Origin: Deltaproteobacteria bacterium
GTDB taxonomy: Bacteria; Myxococcota; UBA727; VGSZ01
Reading direction: 5' to 3'
Assembly (NCBI GenBank): GCA_016177705.1
Contig: JACOUT010000005.1
Location: 158,374 to 222,373, forward strand
Length of the DNA: 64,000 bases
Shown here: piece after piece, positions 21,738-33,672 of the stretch
Numbering within the stretch: the stretch's first letter is position 1
Layout of the letters: every line of letters starts with the position of its first letter
Made by a program: the position numbers and the translations under genes
The notes under the pieces: generated by a model
What the model saw: the letters and a program-made list of their open reading frames with translations, nothing else
Told to the model about the DNA's origin: nothing
Database searches by the model: none

Positions 21738-23015
21738 GTCGTGGCGACGATTAGCGGCGACATCGGCTTCATGCCGGTCGGCGACCTCGTCATCTGGATC
21801 GCGAATCGTGCGCTCAACTGCACGATGACCGTGCGCCGCCGTGGCGCCGAGGCCAAGCTGGTGGTGCGCGACGGCCAGCTCTGGCAGGCGGCCTCGTCGG
21901 ATCCGCGCGAGTACCTCGGCCAGCACCTGATCAACTTCGGCTACATCAGCGAGGACCAGCTCCAGCGCGCCTTCGACACGCAGCAGGAGACGCACGTGCC
22001 GCTCGGGCGCGTGCTGGTGATGGTCGAGGCGGTGACGCAGGAGCAGCTCGACCGCGTGCTCGTGTTCAAGACCCGCGAGAGCCTGCTCGAGGCCATGGGG
22101 TGGGGCGAGGGCACGTTCAAGGCAACCGACGACGTGCCGGGCACGCGCGAGCTCGACGTCATCCAGCCGGTGGACCTGTTCGAGGCGCACAGCGAGGCGT
22201 TGGCGCGCATGCAGATGTGGCAGGAGATCCGCCGCGTGTTCCCGTCGGACGCGACGCGCGTCGAGGTCACCATCGACCCAGCGCGTCTCGCCGGCTTCGA
22301 CAAGAAGCTGGTGACGCTGATGCTCGCCGGTCGCTCCATCGGCGAGGCCAGCCTCGAGCTGCGCTCGATGGACTTCCAGACCTACGCGCGCCTGTACGAC
22401 CTGTACAACCGCGGCGCGGTGCGCCCACGCCTGGCGGGGGAAGCGCCACCGCCGCGCGCGCCGCCGAGCGCGCCGCCGCCGCAGGCGCCGGCCGCCACGC
22501 CCTTTCGCGCGGACATGCCGCGCACCGCGACGCCGCGCAGCACCCTGCCGACGCCGCCTCCCGGTCTGCCGCCGCCTCCACCCGTGCGCGCCGAAGTGCC
22601 GCGCGAGGCGCCGGGCGTCCAGGTGCCGGCCGAGGCGCAGGACCCGGCCGCTGCGCTGCGCCTGGCGCTCGCCGGGAGGAACTGGTCCGAGGCGCTGTTG
22701 ATGTCGCAGCGCATCCTCGAGCGCGATCCGCTCGACGCTGAGGGCATCGCCGGCTACCGCATCGCCGAGGCACAGCTCAAGAAGTCAGTGCCCGAGGACG
22801 AGGCCATCGACATGCGCCGCGTGCCCAAGCTCGGCATGCGCCGCGAGCAGATCGCGCTCGCGCACCTCACGTCCAAGGAGCGCTACGTGCTGTCGCGCGT
22901 CGACGGGCGGCGCTCGCTGCAGCAGATCGCCGCCGTCAGCCCCATCCAGAAGGCCGAGCTGGTGCGCATCGTCAACGCCTTCGTCAGCCGCGGCGTGCTC
23001 AAGCTCGATCTCTGA
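21738..23015 (+). CDS. DUF4388-like domain protein with a Pro-rich linker (Myxococcota-typical)
   Basis: The N-terminus (SGDIGFMPVGDLVIWIANRALNCTMTV) resembles DUF4388 openings. A long PPPxAPP low-complexity linker follows. The start is approximate. Confidence 0.55.
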   Translation, partial: VVATISGDIGFMPVGDLVIWIANRALNCTMTVRRRGAEAKLVVRDGQLWQAASSDPREYLGQHLINFGYISEDQLQRAFDTQQETHVPLGRVLVMVEAVTQEQLDRVLVFKTRESLLEAMGWGEGTFKATDDVPGTRELDVIQPVDLFEAHSEALARMQMWQEIRRVFPSDATRVEVTIDPARLAGFDKKLVTLMLAGRSIGEASLELRSMDFQTYARLYDLYNRGAVRPRLAGEAPPPRAPPSAPPPQAPAATPFRADMPRTATPRSTLPTPPPGLPPPPPVRAEVPREAPGVQVPAEAQDPAAALRLALAGRNWSEALLMSQRILERDPLDAEGIAGYRIAEAQLKKSVPEDEAIDMRRVPKLGMRREQIALAHLTSKERYVLSRVDGRRSLQQIAAVSPIQKAELVRIVNAFVSRGVLKLDL

Positions 23016-23018
23016 CCC

Positions 23019-23600
23019 ATGCGTGCACGGTACCCGCTCCTGGCCTCGTCAGCGCTGTTCGCGGTGCTGCTGGTAGTGCTGGCGGCGGGCGCCTGTCGGC
23101 CGGTGCTGGCCCCGCTGCAGGGCTACGACGTGGTGCGCCAACCGATCCTCGACTGCACGCTCACCGGCTCCACGTCGCGCGATTGCATCGACGACGCCGA
23201 GCTGGCGCAGCGCCGCACGCGCGCCCACTGGATAGTCGAGCACGCGCCGCAGGAGTCCTTCTCGTTGACCCTCGAGGACGGCGTCACGCTGCCCGGCATC
23301 TGGTTCGACGACGACGGCCTGGTGTTGAGCGATCCGCCGTGCACGGGCGAGGGCGGCCTCTGCTACTTCGCGCGGCGCAAGTTCGAGTCGGTGGACGACC
23401 GGCAGGGAGGGTGCACTCGCTTCGGCGAGCTGGTCGCCATCCTGCGGCGAGACTACGAGGGGACGATCAGCGGCATCATCGGCGACCAAAACGGCACCGA
23501 CGAGCGCTGCGGCACCTCGACCATCGTGCAGCGCATCGACGATGTCACCGGCGCGCCGACCATCGAGCCGTCCGTGGCCCGCCCGGGGGCCGAGCCGTGA
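23019..23600 (+). CDS. Hypothetical lipoprotein, paralog 1 of 3
   Basis: It has a lipobox (LVVLAAGACRP) and a Cys-rich mature region. Confidence 0.5.
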   Translation: MRARYPLLASSALFAVLLVVLAAGACRPVLAPLQGYDVVRQPILDCTLTGSTSRDCIDDAELAQRRTRAHWIVEHAPQESFSLTLEDGVTLPGIWFDDDGLVLSDPPCTGEGGLCYFARRKFESVDDRQGGCTRFGELVAILRRDYEGTISGIIGDQNGTDERCGTSTIVQRIDDVTGAPTIEPSVARPGAEP

Positions 23601-24085
23601 GGCGGCGCCCCTGCCTGGTCGCGTGCTTGCTGCTCGTCGCAGCGGGCGGCGCCTGCCGCTGCGACAGCTTCTACTTCTATGACGTCGTGCGCGCGCGCAC
23701 CGAGGAGTGCGACATCCTCCCGCAGGGCGAGCTGTGCGACGAACCGGACGGCTTCGCGCCGCCCGTCACCGAGGTCTGGGGCATCGAGCACACCGGCGAT
23801 CAGGTGCGCGTCTATGTCGACGAGGAGGTGTGGATCGCCAACCCGGCGAACCCCGAGGACGACCCCGATTTCGTCACGGCCAACAAGCTCGAGGTGAGCG
23901 CGCGCGAGCCCGGCCCCTGCACCACGACACGTACGCGCAGCTTCGAGCTGCTGGCGTCGTTCGAAGGGCTGACCGGCGAGATCGCCGAGCGCTCGCGCCT
24001 CGACGGCCCCGAGGAGTGCGGCGAAACGCCCACCGGCCTGCGCACCTTGTCGCGTCTCGACGGCGTCTTGGCGGGTGCGCCGTGA
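23597..24085 (+). CDS. Hypothetical lipoprotein, paralog 2 of 3
   Basis: Its GTG at 23597 overlaps the previous stop (GTGA). It has a lipobox (LLLVAAGGACRC). Confidence 0.5.
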   Translation: MRRRPCLVACLLLVAAGGACRCDSFYFYDVVRARTEECDILPQGELCDEPDGFAPPVTEVWGIEHTGDQVRVYVDEEVWIANPANPEDDPDFVTANKLEVSAREPGPCTTTRTRSFELLASFEGLTGEIAERSRLDGPEECGETPTGLRTLSRLDGVLAGAP

Positions 24086-24618
24086 GCCGCCATGCTGCGC
24101 CTTCCGTGCTCGCGCTCGCGCTGCTCGCTTCGGCATGCGGCGACCCACCGCTCCACGCGACCTTCACGAGCCGCATCCTGCAGCACGAGACTTGCCGGGT
24201 GGTCGGCGATCGACCCGAGGTGTGCACGCGCGACGAGCGCACCGACGACGTGCGCGTGCGCATCGTCGAGCAGGCCGACGACAACGTCTGGCTCTACGGC
24301 ATCCCGCGCGGCGGCGTGCCCGACCGCGCCATCCTCGGCTCGCTCGACGCCGAGGGCGGCTGGCTGTTCGTCGACGAGGTGGTGCACGAGAGCGACGGCA
24401 GCGGGTGCACGGTCACCGATCGCATCGAGATCTCACTGGAGGTTTCGCCGGAGGCGGACCAGGGCGCGATTGGCGTCGACCCCTGCGTGCCGCTGCTCGG
24501 GCACGAGACCGAGGTGACCCAGTCGTCGGCCGGTTGCGACACGGTCAACGACCCGCAGCTCGCGCAGGCGCTGATCGCGCGCAGGCGATGGGAGCAGATG
24601 CCGGAGTGCACGCCGTAG
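24082..24618 (+). CDS. Hypothetical lipoprotein, paralog 3 of 3
   Basis: Its GTG at 24082 overlaps the previous stop (GTGA). It has a lipobox (ALALLASACGD). Confidence 0.5.
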   Translation: MSRHAAPSVLALALLASACGDPPLHATFTSRILQHETCRVVGDRPEVCTRDERTDDVRVRIVEQADDNVWLYGIPRGGVPDRAILGSLDAEGGWLFVDEVVHESDGSGCTVTDRIEISLEVSPEADQGAIGVDPCVPLLGHETEVTQSSAGCDTVNDPQLAQALIARRRWEQMPECTP

Positions 24619-24633
24619 CAGGCGGCGAGCGCG

Positions 24634-27528
24634 TCACTCGCGCTCGATGATGCTCGTGAGGAAGTCCTCGGGCGATGCGTAGAGCACGGCGGTGGTGCAC
24701 GCGGCGGCGCTCGAGAAGGAGCCGGCGGCGAGCGTCACCGTCAACGCGCCGTCGCCGTAGCCGACGGTGGAGAGCCCGAGCGCCGCCTCGCGATCGTCGT
24801 CGACGTCGAGCGCGAGCGCCCATGGTCCGCCCTCAGCCATGCCCGGGTGGTCTGCCGAAAACGCGGTGTGCACGGCGGAGCGTCGCTGGCCGGCGGCGGC
24901 GCCGAGCGCGGGCACGTCGGCGACGAAGTCGACGACCACGAAGGCGGCGAAGGGCACGACGCCGAAGCCGAGCTCGGGAGGCTTGAGCGGGTCGCTGAAG
25001 ACGTCGGTCACCGACGCCCGCAAGGCGCCTGCGTCGCACGTGCGTTGCTCGACGCGGCGCGCGCGCGCCAGCAGATCTTGCGGGATCGGCATGTTGCGCA
25101 CCGTGGTCGGCACGCGCAGCAGGCTCGGCTCGAGCGTGCGCGCCTGCTTGATGACGACGCGCGAACCGGCGAGCGTGCCGTCGGCATAGGCGGGCCAACC
25201 GTCGGCCACCTCGCGTAGCTCGAAGTCGATGGTGAGCGTGCTGCGTTGCTGGCTGACCGCCAGCGCCGCGTTGTCGACCGCGAGCCACAGCTCGGTCACG
25301 CGGCGCGCCTGCTCGAACACGCGCAGCAACTGGGTGCTCGTGAGCACGGTGTGCTTCGGCGGCAGCAGCGTGGACCCGCGCACGCGCTGGATGTGCACCA
25401 GGCCGTCCTCGTCGAGCACCAGCCGGTCGACCTCGGGCAGGTTTGGATCGCCCGGCGGCGGGTTGGTGACCGACAGCGCGCCCTCTTGCGCGTTGACCTC
25501 GAGCACCGCGGCGCCGTCAGGGTGCCCCGTCGGCAGGATGGTGTAGGTGAAGACGCCATTGCCGAGCTCCAGCTCATCCTGGAAGTTCGGGTGCACCACC
25601 AAGCCCATGGCTCCCGACAGGTGCGCCACGTTGGCCAGGCGGCGCTCCTCGAACGCCTCGCTGCCCCAGTAGGAGGCCCAGGTCTCGAGGATCGCGTGCT
25701 CGACGGTCAGCCCCTGGCGCGAGGGGTCGAGGCGGTCCGCGTGCAAGTAGCCGGTGTTCGAGGTGTACAAGCCGGCGCCGTTGAAGCCCTCGGCGTCCTC
25801 CACGTTCGACGACGAGCGGAAGCGCAGGCCCTGGCCGTCTGCCAGGTTGCCGTAGGCGGCCAGCAGCTCGGCTTCGATGGCGTCGAGCGCCACCGGGTCG
25901 ATCGGCTTGTTGCGGACGCGCCCTTGCGCGCCGCCGGCCTCGACCAGGATGCGCCGCGGATCGGAGGCGGGGTAGAGCGCGAGGAAGCGCTCGGCGTAGG
26001 TCGGATCATCCGGGTGCTTGACGGCCCATTGGTCTGGTCCCTCGAGCAGGAGCGCGCGCCGCAGCGGATCCTGGTTGAACAGCGGATCGGCCAAGATGGG
26101 CTCGAGCTCGTCCACGAGGTCGACCGTGTGCTCCATGTTGGCGCGCACCGAGATGCCGATGGGTCGCGGCGGCGTGACGACGTCGACGGCGTCGAGCAGC
26201 GCGAGGAAGCCGGTGGACTTGCCGCCGAGGATGGGCCGCCAGCTCGCCTGGTCCGCGAACGAGAGCTCCTCGAGGCGATAGACGTACTCGATGCTGTTCG
26301 GATCGACCGGCGTCACCGAGGTCGGCGGCACGGCGGTCAACTGGCGATACTGCGTGTACTCCTGCTCGGTCATGGGCGCGACGTCGAGCAGGTCCGGTGT
26401 CTGCGCGCGCACCACCACCGGCGCAAACACGCGCGCCAGCGCGTCGATCTCCGGATCGTCGAGGATGCCGCCCCGATAGGCGTTGGGGATGCCGCGGTTC
26501 TTGGCCAGGATGTTGACGTGCGCGAGCGCCGTCTGCGGCACCGAGGTGATCAACCCCGCGCACTGCGGCAGGAAGTCGGGCACGTCTTCCAGCACCAACA
26601 GGTCGGTCGAGCGCGCGCTCTCGAAGTCGCCCTCGCCGGCGCGGATCACCCGCAGGCGCCCGGCCACGAGCCCTGGCGAGTAGACCTCGGTCTCGCCCGG
26701 CACGGTGACGTCGGAGAAGCGCAGGATGCGCGCGGCCAGCGGCGAGCCCGCGTCCTCGAGCGCCTGCGCGAGCTGCTCCTGCTGTGGCGAGCGCACCAGC
26801 AACTTGAGCAGCGGGCCGACGTCAGCCGGCAGACCCGCGCCCACCATGTCGAGCAGCGACTGCAGCTCCACTTCGTCGAGCGCGTGCTGGTACTCGAGCT
26901 CCATGGCCCACAGCTCCGGCCGTGGCGGCGTGAGGTCGGGGCGCGCCGCGAAGCGCAGCACCGTGCCGATGCCGAGCACCTTCGGCTGTTGGAAGAGCGC
27001 GAGCTGGTAGAAGTGCGGTGAGTACAGGCGCCCGTCGCCCACGAACTGCAAGTCCAGCGGCAGCGCGCTCTGCTGGCGCGCCCACGAATAGATGTCGGCG
27101 ACGGTCTCGAAGTTGCGGCCGAGGTCGACCGGTTGCGTGTCGACCCGATCGACGGGCACGTTGTTGAGCAGGCGGTACCAGTACCACTCGTCGTGCAGCG
27201 TGTAGGCGGCGCTGTCCATGAAGCGAAGCTGCGGGCTCGGCTGCAAGAAGCCCGTGATGACGAACTTGACGGCGGTGGACGACGCCGAGGGGGCGGCGAA
27301 TGCCTCGAACGCCTCGACGTCGGCGAACGACGACGTGGTGAAGTCCTCGAACCCGTCGGAGCCGCCGTCCGGGCCGGCGTCCGGGCCGGGCAGCGGCGGA
27401 CAGCCCTGCGGGCACGCCGCTCCCCAGGCGACGGAGAAGCAGCTCATGAGAACTGCAGGCAGCAGCGACGGCCGGTGAGCGCGCGGAAAGCTGGTCACGT
27501 TGAGCCCTCGGGAAGCATCGCAGGCCAC
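24634..27528 (-). CDS. Large signal-peptide protein with PEP-utilising / pyruvate-phosphate-dikinase-N (ATP-grasp-like) domains
   Basis: A PPDK_N-like nucleotide-binding domain is present (ILGGKSTGFLALLDA...RFRSSSNVEDAEGFNGAGLYTS). A possible swivelling phospho-histidine-like segment is present (GLITSVPQTALAHVNILAKNRGIP). The N-terminus has a hydrophobic signal (SLLPAVLMSCFSVAWGAA). Confidence 0.55.
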   Translation of the reverse strand: MACDASRGLNVTSFPRAHRPSLLPAVLMSCFSVAWGAACPQGCPPLPGPDAGPDGGSDGFEDFTTSSFADVEAFEAFAAPSASSTAVKFVITGFLQPSPQLRFMDSAAYTLHDEWYWYRLLNNVPVDRVDTQPVDLGRNFETVADIYSWARQQSALPLDLQFVGDGRLYSPHFYQLALFQQPKVLGIGTVLRFAARPDLTPPRPELWAMELEYQHALDEVELQSLLDMVGAGLPADVGPLLKLLVRSPQQEQLAQALEDAGSPLAARILRFSDVTVPGETEVYSPGLVAGRLRVIRAGEGDFESARSTDLLVLEDVPDFLPQCAGLITSVPQTALAHVNILAKNRGIPNAYRGGILDDPEIDALARVFAPVVVRAQTPDLLDVAPMTEQEYTQYRQLTAVPPTSVTPVDPNSIEYVYRLEELSFADQASWRPILGGKSTGFLALLDAVDVVTPPRPIGISVRANMEHTVDLVDELEPILADPLFNQDPLRRALLLEGPDQWAVKHPDDPTYAERFLALYPASDPRRILVEAGGAQGRVRNKPIDPVALDAIEAELLAAYGNLADGQGLRFRSSSNVEDAEGFNGAGLYTSNTGYLHADRLDPSRQGLTVEHAILETWASYWGSEAFEERRLANVAHLSGAMGLVVHPNFQDELELGNGVFTYTILPTGHPDGAAVLEVNAQEGALSVTNPPPGDPNLPEVDRLVLDEDGLVHIQRVRGSTLLPPKHTVLTSTQLLRVFEQARRVTELWLAVDNAALAVSQQRSTLTIDFELREVADGWPAYADGTLAGSRVVIKQARTLEPSLLRVPTTVRNMPIPQDLLARARRVEQRTCDAGALRASVTDVFSDPLKPPELGFGVVPFAAFVVVDFVADVPALGAAAGQRRSAVHTAFSADHPGMAEGGPWALALDVDDDREAALGLSTVGYGDGALTVTLAAGSFSSAAACTTAVLYASPEDFLTSIIERE

Positions 27529-27583
27529 CGATGCAAGCGCTACGCCCGTTGCCGTCGCGCGTCGGCACGCGACCTTGAGGGCG

Positions 27584-29401
27584 TCAGGGGGGGCTGCCCT
27601 TGATGCGGCAGCGAAGCGGCCCTTCGGCCAGGCGGCCCCGCACGTAGCCTTCCGCGTCGGCGTTGGCGCAACGCCCGGTGGGCGGCCGCAACCACACCTC
27701 GTCGCAGGAGAGGCCGTCGACCTCGAAGGTGACGCTGCCGCTCAGCTCGATCACGCCTTCATAACCCTGCGCCGGATCGCGCAGCGGCCACCAACCGACG
27801 TCGACACCGACGCGACTGCCGGGCTCCCCCTCCACGATGACGCTGCCGGCGCAGCCGGCGAAGCGCGCCAACACGACGCCCGGCGCCCGCGCGCGCGCGC
27901 GATAGCCGGCCGCGAGCGCCTGGGCGACGTCGTCGTCGCTGCCGAGCAGCACCAGCTCGTCGAGCTCGGCGCTGGCGGCCAGGATGCGGGTGAGCTGCGC
28001 CCGGCGCGCAGGTCCCGGGCGCGCGTCGACGTGCTCGAGCCAGGCGACCGGCGGCGCCGTCATCTGCTCCAGGGCGCCAGGTCGCACCAGCAGCGGGTGG
28101 ATGGCGGGCGCACCAACCAGGCCGTAGAGGCCGATGCCACCGAGCTCGAGCGCCACGAGCTGTCCGAGCTGACGCCACGGCTCCACGTAGCGGACGCCGA
28201 GCTCGCCGCCGGGCTCCACCGGCAGCACGACAGTGAGCCGGCGCGCCGGCGCCGGCTCGAGCGTCGACACCAGCGCCAGCAGTGGGCGCGCGCGCTCGTA
28301 GTAGCCGCGGTGCACGTCGCTGCTCCAGCGGCAAGACACCGCGAGCCACACGCCCACAGCGACCACGAGCAACGCGCGCCCGCGAGGATGGAGACGCTCG
28401 CACGGCAGCGCCAGCAGCACGAACGACATTCCGAGCGGGGCGAAGCGCGGCGAGAAGAACATCCAGCGCAGGTGCAACGGCGTCGCGGCCACCAGCGAGA
28501 GCAGCACGATCCCCATGCCGCCGATCGCGGCATCATGGGCGATGAGCTGCTTGCGGCGCCGGACCAGCAGGGCGATGGACGCGACAGCGAGCGCCGCGAG
28601 CGGCAGCGCGCGCCACCACGGCCCGGCCAAGGTGCATGCCAAGATGTTGCCGAGCCGCTCGCCGAGCGAACCCCACACCTTGGTCAAGGGGTCGTGCTGC
28701 TCCCGGGCTGACGTCGACAGCGCCGCGACGACCGCAGCGGGCACACCCGCGGTCGCGACCAAGGCCAGCGCGCGCCATCGCTGCGGGCCGCGCCGGCGCG
28801 CGGCCTCGATGACGAGGAGCGCGGCACCCGCGAGCATGGCCGCGAACACGTGCGCACTGGCCGTCGCCCACAAGGTGGGGGCGAGCGCGAGCGGCAGCCA
28901 TCGGCGATCGGCGAAGCGGATCGACAGGCCGACGACGACGAGCGCGCCCGCGGTCGCCTGCCAGAAGCTGAAGAAGCCGAGGTCGAGCGGCCAGCCGAGC
29001 GCGAGCACGAAGCCACACAGCCCCACCGGCCAGCGGCGCCTCTCGAGCGCGGTGGCGGCGAACAGGAAGGCGAAGGCCCAAAGCTCCGCGATGATGATGA
29101 CGGTGACGCGATAGGCCTGCTGCCAAGGCAGGAACGGGTCGATCAGGCGGTAGGTCTCGAGGAAGCCGCGCGTCGTGATCGGGCTGTTCGGCACGAAGTA
29201 GTCGGCGAACCCCTTGGCAGGGTCGCCGAGGTGAGCTGAGGCGTATGCCGAGAACAGGTGCGCCGGCGCGTCGTTGCCGAACCACACCGGCACTGACCAC
29301 ACCGCGGCCGCCAGCACGGCCGCGGCAAGCACGACCGCAACCGCAGCGATGCGCGCCTCGCTCTTCGACAACGTGCCGGCGTGGTGCTCCACCGTCCCCA
29401 C
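27584..29401 (-). CDS. Hypothetical large polytopic membrane protein
   Basis: It has ten or more predicted TM helices in the N-terminal 330 aa, followed by a soluble C-terminal domain. Confidence 0.5.
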   Translation of the reverse strand: MGTVEHHAGTLSKSEARIAAVAVVLAAAVLAAAVWSVPVWFGNDAPAHLFSAYASAHLGDPAKGFADYFVPNSPITTRGFLETYRLIDPFLPWQQAYRVTVIIIAELWAFAFLFAATALERRRWPVGLCGFVLALGWPLDLGFFSFWQATAGALVVVGLSIRFADRRWLPLALAPTLWATASAHVFAAMLAGAALLVIEAARRRGPQRWRALALVATAGVPAAVVAALSTSAREQHDPLTKVWGSLGERLGNILACTLAGPWWRALPLAALAVASIALLVRRRKQLIAHDAAIGGMGIVLLSLVAATPLHLRWMFFSPRFAPLGMSFVLLALPCERLHPRGRALLVVAVGVWLAVSCRWSSDVHRGYYERARPLLALVSTLEPAPARRLTVVLPVEPGGELGVRYVEPWRQLGQLVALELGGIGLYGLVGAPAIHPLLVRPGALEQMTAPPVAWLEHVDARPGPARRAQLTRILAASAELDELVLLGSDDDVAQALAAGYRARARAPGVVLARFAGCAGSVIVEGEPGSRVGVDVGWWPLRDPAQGYEGVIELSGSVTFEVDGLSCDEVWLRPPTGRCANADAEGYVRGRLAEGPLRCRIKGSPP

Positions 29402-29446
29402 GATCGCACGATGCCGGTACGAACGCGCAAGCGTCCGTCGGCCCCG

Positions 29447-30505
29447 CTATTGGTTGGGCTGGCCCGGCGTCGGCGCCGTCAGCCGCCGCCCGCCCGCGCT
29501 CTCGTCGCCGTCGGGGAGCAGGCCCCACGCGGTGTCCGCCGCCGGGCTCGGGTCGAGCAGCAGCGTGCGCCAGATGGTGCCGCAGCGATCGGTGAGCACC
29601 AGCACGTCGTCGAGGGGCGACAGCAGCAGCCCCGGCGTCGTATGGGCGATGGTGCCGCCGGTGGGCCCGTCTTCATCGGCGACCACGAGGACGAAGCCGC
29701 GCGGCGCGATGCTGACGTCGGGGAGCGCGAAGGCGCCGTCGAGCGCCAGGTTGTCCGCCACGCGAAGGCCAGCCAGCGGCACCGCGGCGTCGCTCGCGTT
29801 GTGCAGCTCGAACCAGGGAGCGTACTCGCCGTCGACGAGCGTCGCGCTGTTCTCAACCTCGACCTCGTTGAGGATCAGCGGTGGCGCTTCTTCGAGCGGA
29901 ACGCACTCGCCCTCGCCCTCGCCCTCGCCCTCGCCCGGGTCGTCGTTGGCTCGACCGGGTGACGTGTAGGGCAGCACGGCCGGAGCACCCTCACCGTCAG
30001 GCAGCCGCCCGAAGCTCTGGTCCGCGCCGAGCGCGCCGAACGAGACGCGATCGGCGACCGCGCCGTCGGGCGCGAGCAGCGTGACCGTGTCGCCGTTCGC
30101 GCCGCTCAGCTTGAAGGGGAAGGTCGGCAGCGCCGGCGTGCCGCCGTCGATCGCATCGTTGGCGAGCACGACCAGCCAGGCACCGGCCGGCACGCTGGCG
30201 CCCGCCACGAACGCGCCGAGCGTCGAGGCATCGCCGAGCTGCCAGCCGTCAAGCGCGATGGCCGAGCCCGTGCGGTTCCTGATCTCGATCCAGTCCGGGA
30301 AGCCGGTGGTCCCCACGATGGCGGTCGACTGGTTGCTCGACATCAGCTCGTTGATCACGAGGTCCCCGAGCGCGAAGCCCGCGTCCTCGCTCGGGCCCGC
30401 GTCGGTGTCGGTGAAGTTGAAGCAGCCCTCGCAGCCCGCGGGCGCGAGCGCCACGAGCAGCGCGAGCGCCATCCGCAGCAATCGGCCGATCCCTGGTGAC
30501 GTCAC
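29447..30505 (-). CDS. Lipoprotein with two lamin-tail-domain (LTD)-like modules
   Basis: It has a lipobox (ALAPAGCEGC). Two LTD-like units are present (LVINELMSSN...DWIEIRNRTGSAIALDGWQLGD and LILNEVEVEN...WFELHNASDAAVPLAGLRVAD). They are separated by a PGEGEGEGEGE linker. Confidence 0.6.
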   Translation of the reverse strand: MTSPGIGRLLRMALALLVALAPAGCEGCFNFTDTDAGPSEDAGFALGDLVINELMSSNQSTAIVGTTGFPDWIEIRNRTGSAIALDGWQLGDASTLGAFVAGASVPAGAWLVVLANDAIDGGTPALPTFPFKLSGANGDTVTLLAPDGAVADRVSFGALGADQSFGRLPDGEGAPAVLPYTSPGRANDDPGEGEGEGEGECVPLEEAPPLILNEVEVENSATLVDGEYAPWFELHNASDAAVPLAGLRVADNLALDGAFALPDVSIAPRGFVLVVADEDGPTGGTIAHTTPGLLLSPLDDVLVLTDRCGTIWRTLLLDPSPAADTAWGLLPDGDESAGGRRLTAPTPGQPNQ

Positions 30506-30592
30506 ACGGCCCCTCGCCCGGCTCCCGCGGCGACAGCCGCGCCGCTCGAGCCGTACCGGTTGTAGCGCGCGGCCGCGGCGCGCTCCAGCCTG

Positions 30593-33565
<2,973 letters not shown>

Positions 33566-33672
33566 GGAGCCGGGATCTACCCTCTCGGAGGGGGTACGCA
33601 ACAGGTGTTCAGGTTGGCGGCCCATCGCGTCCCCAATCGACGAGGCCGGCGCCGGCCGCTACCAGGCTTCGA

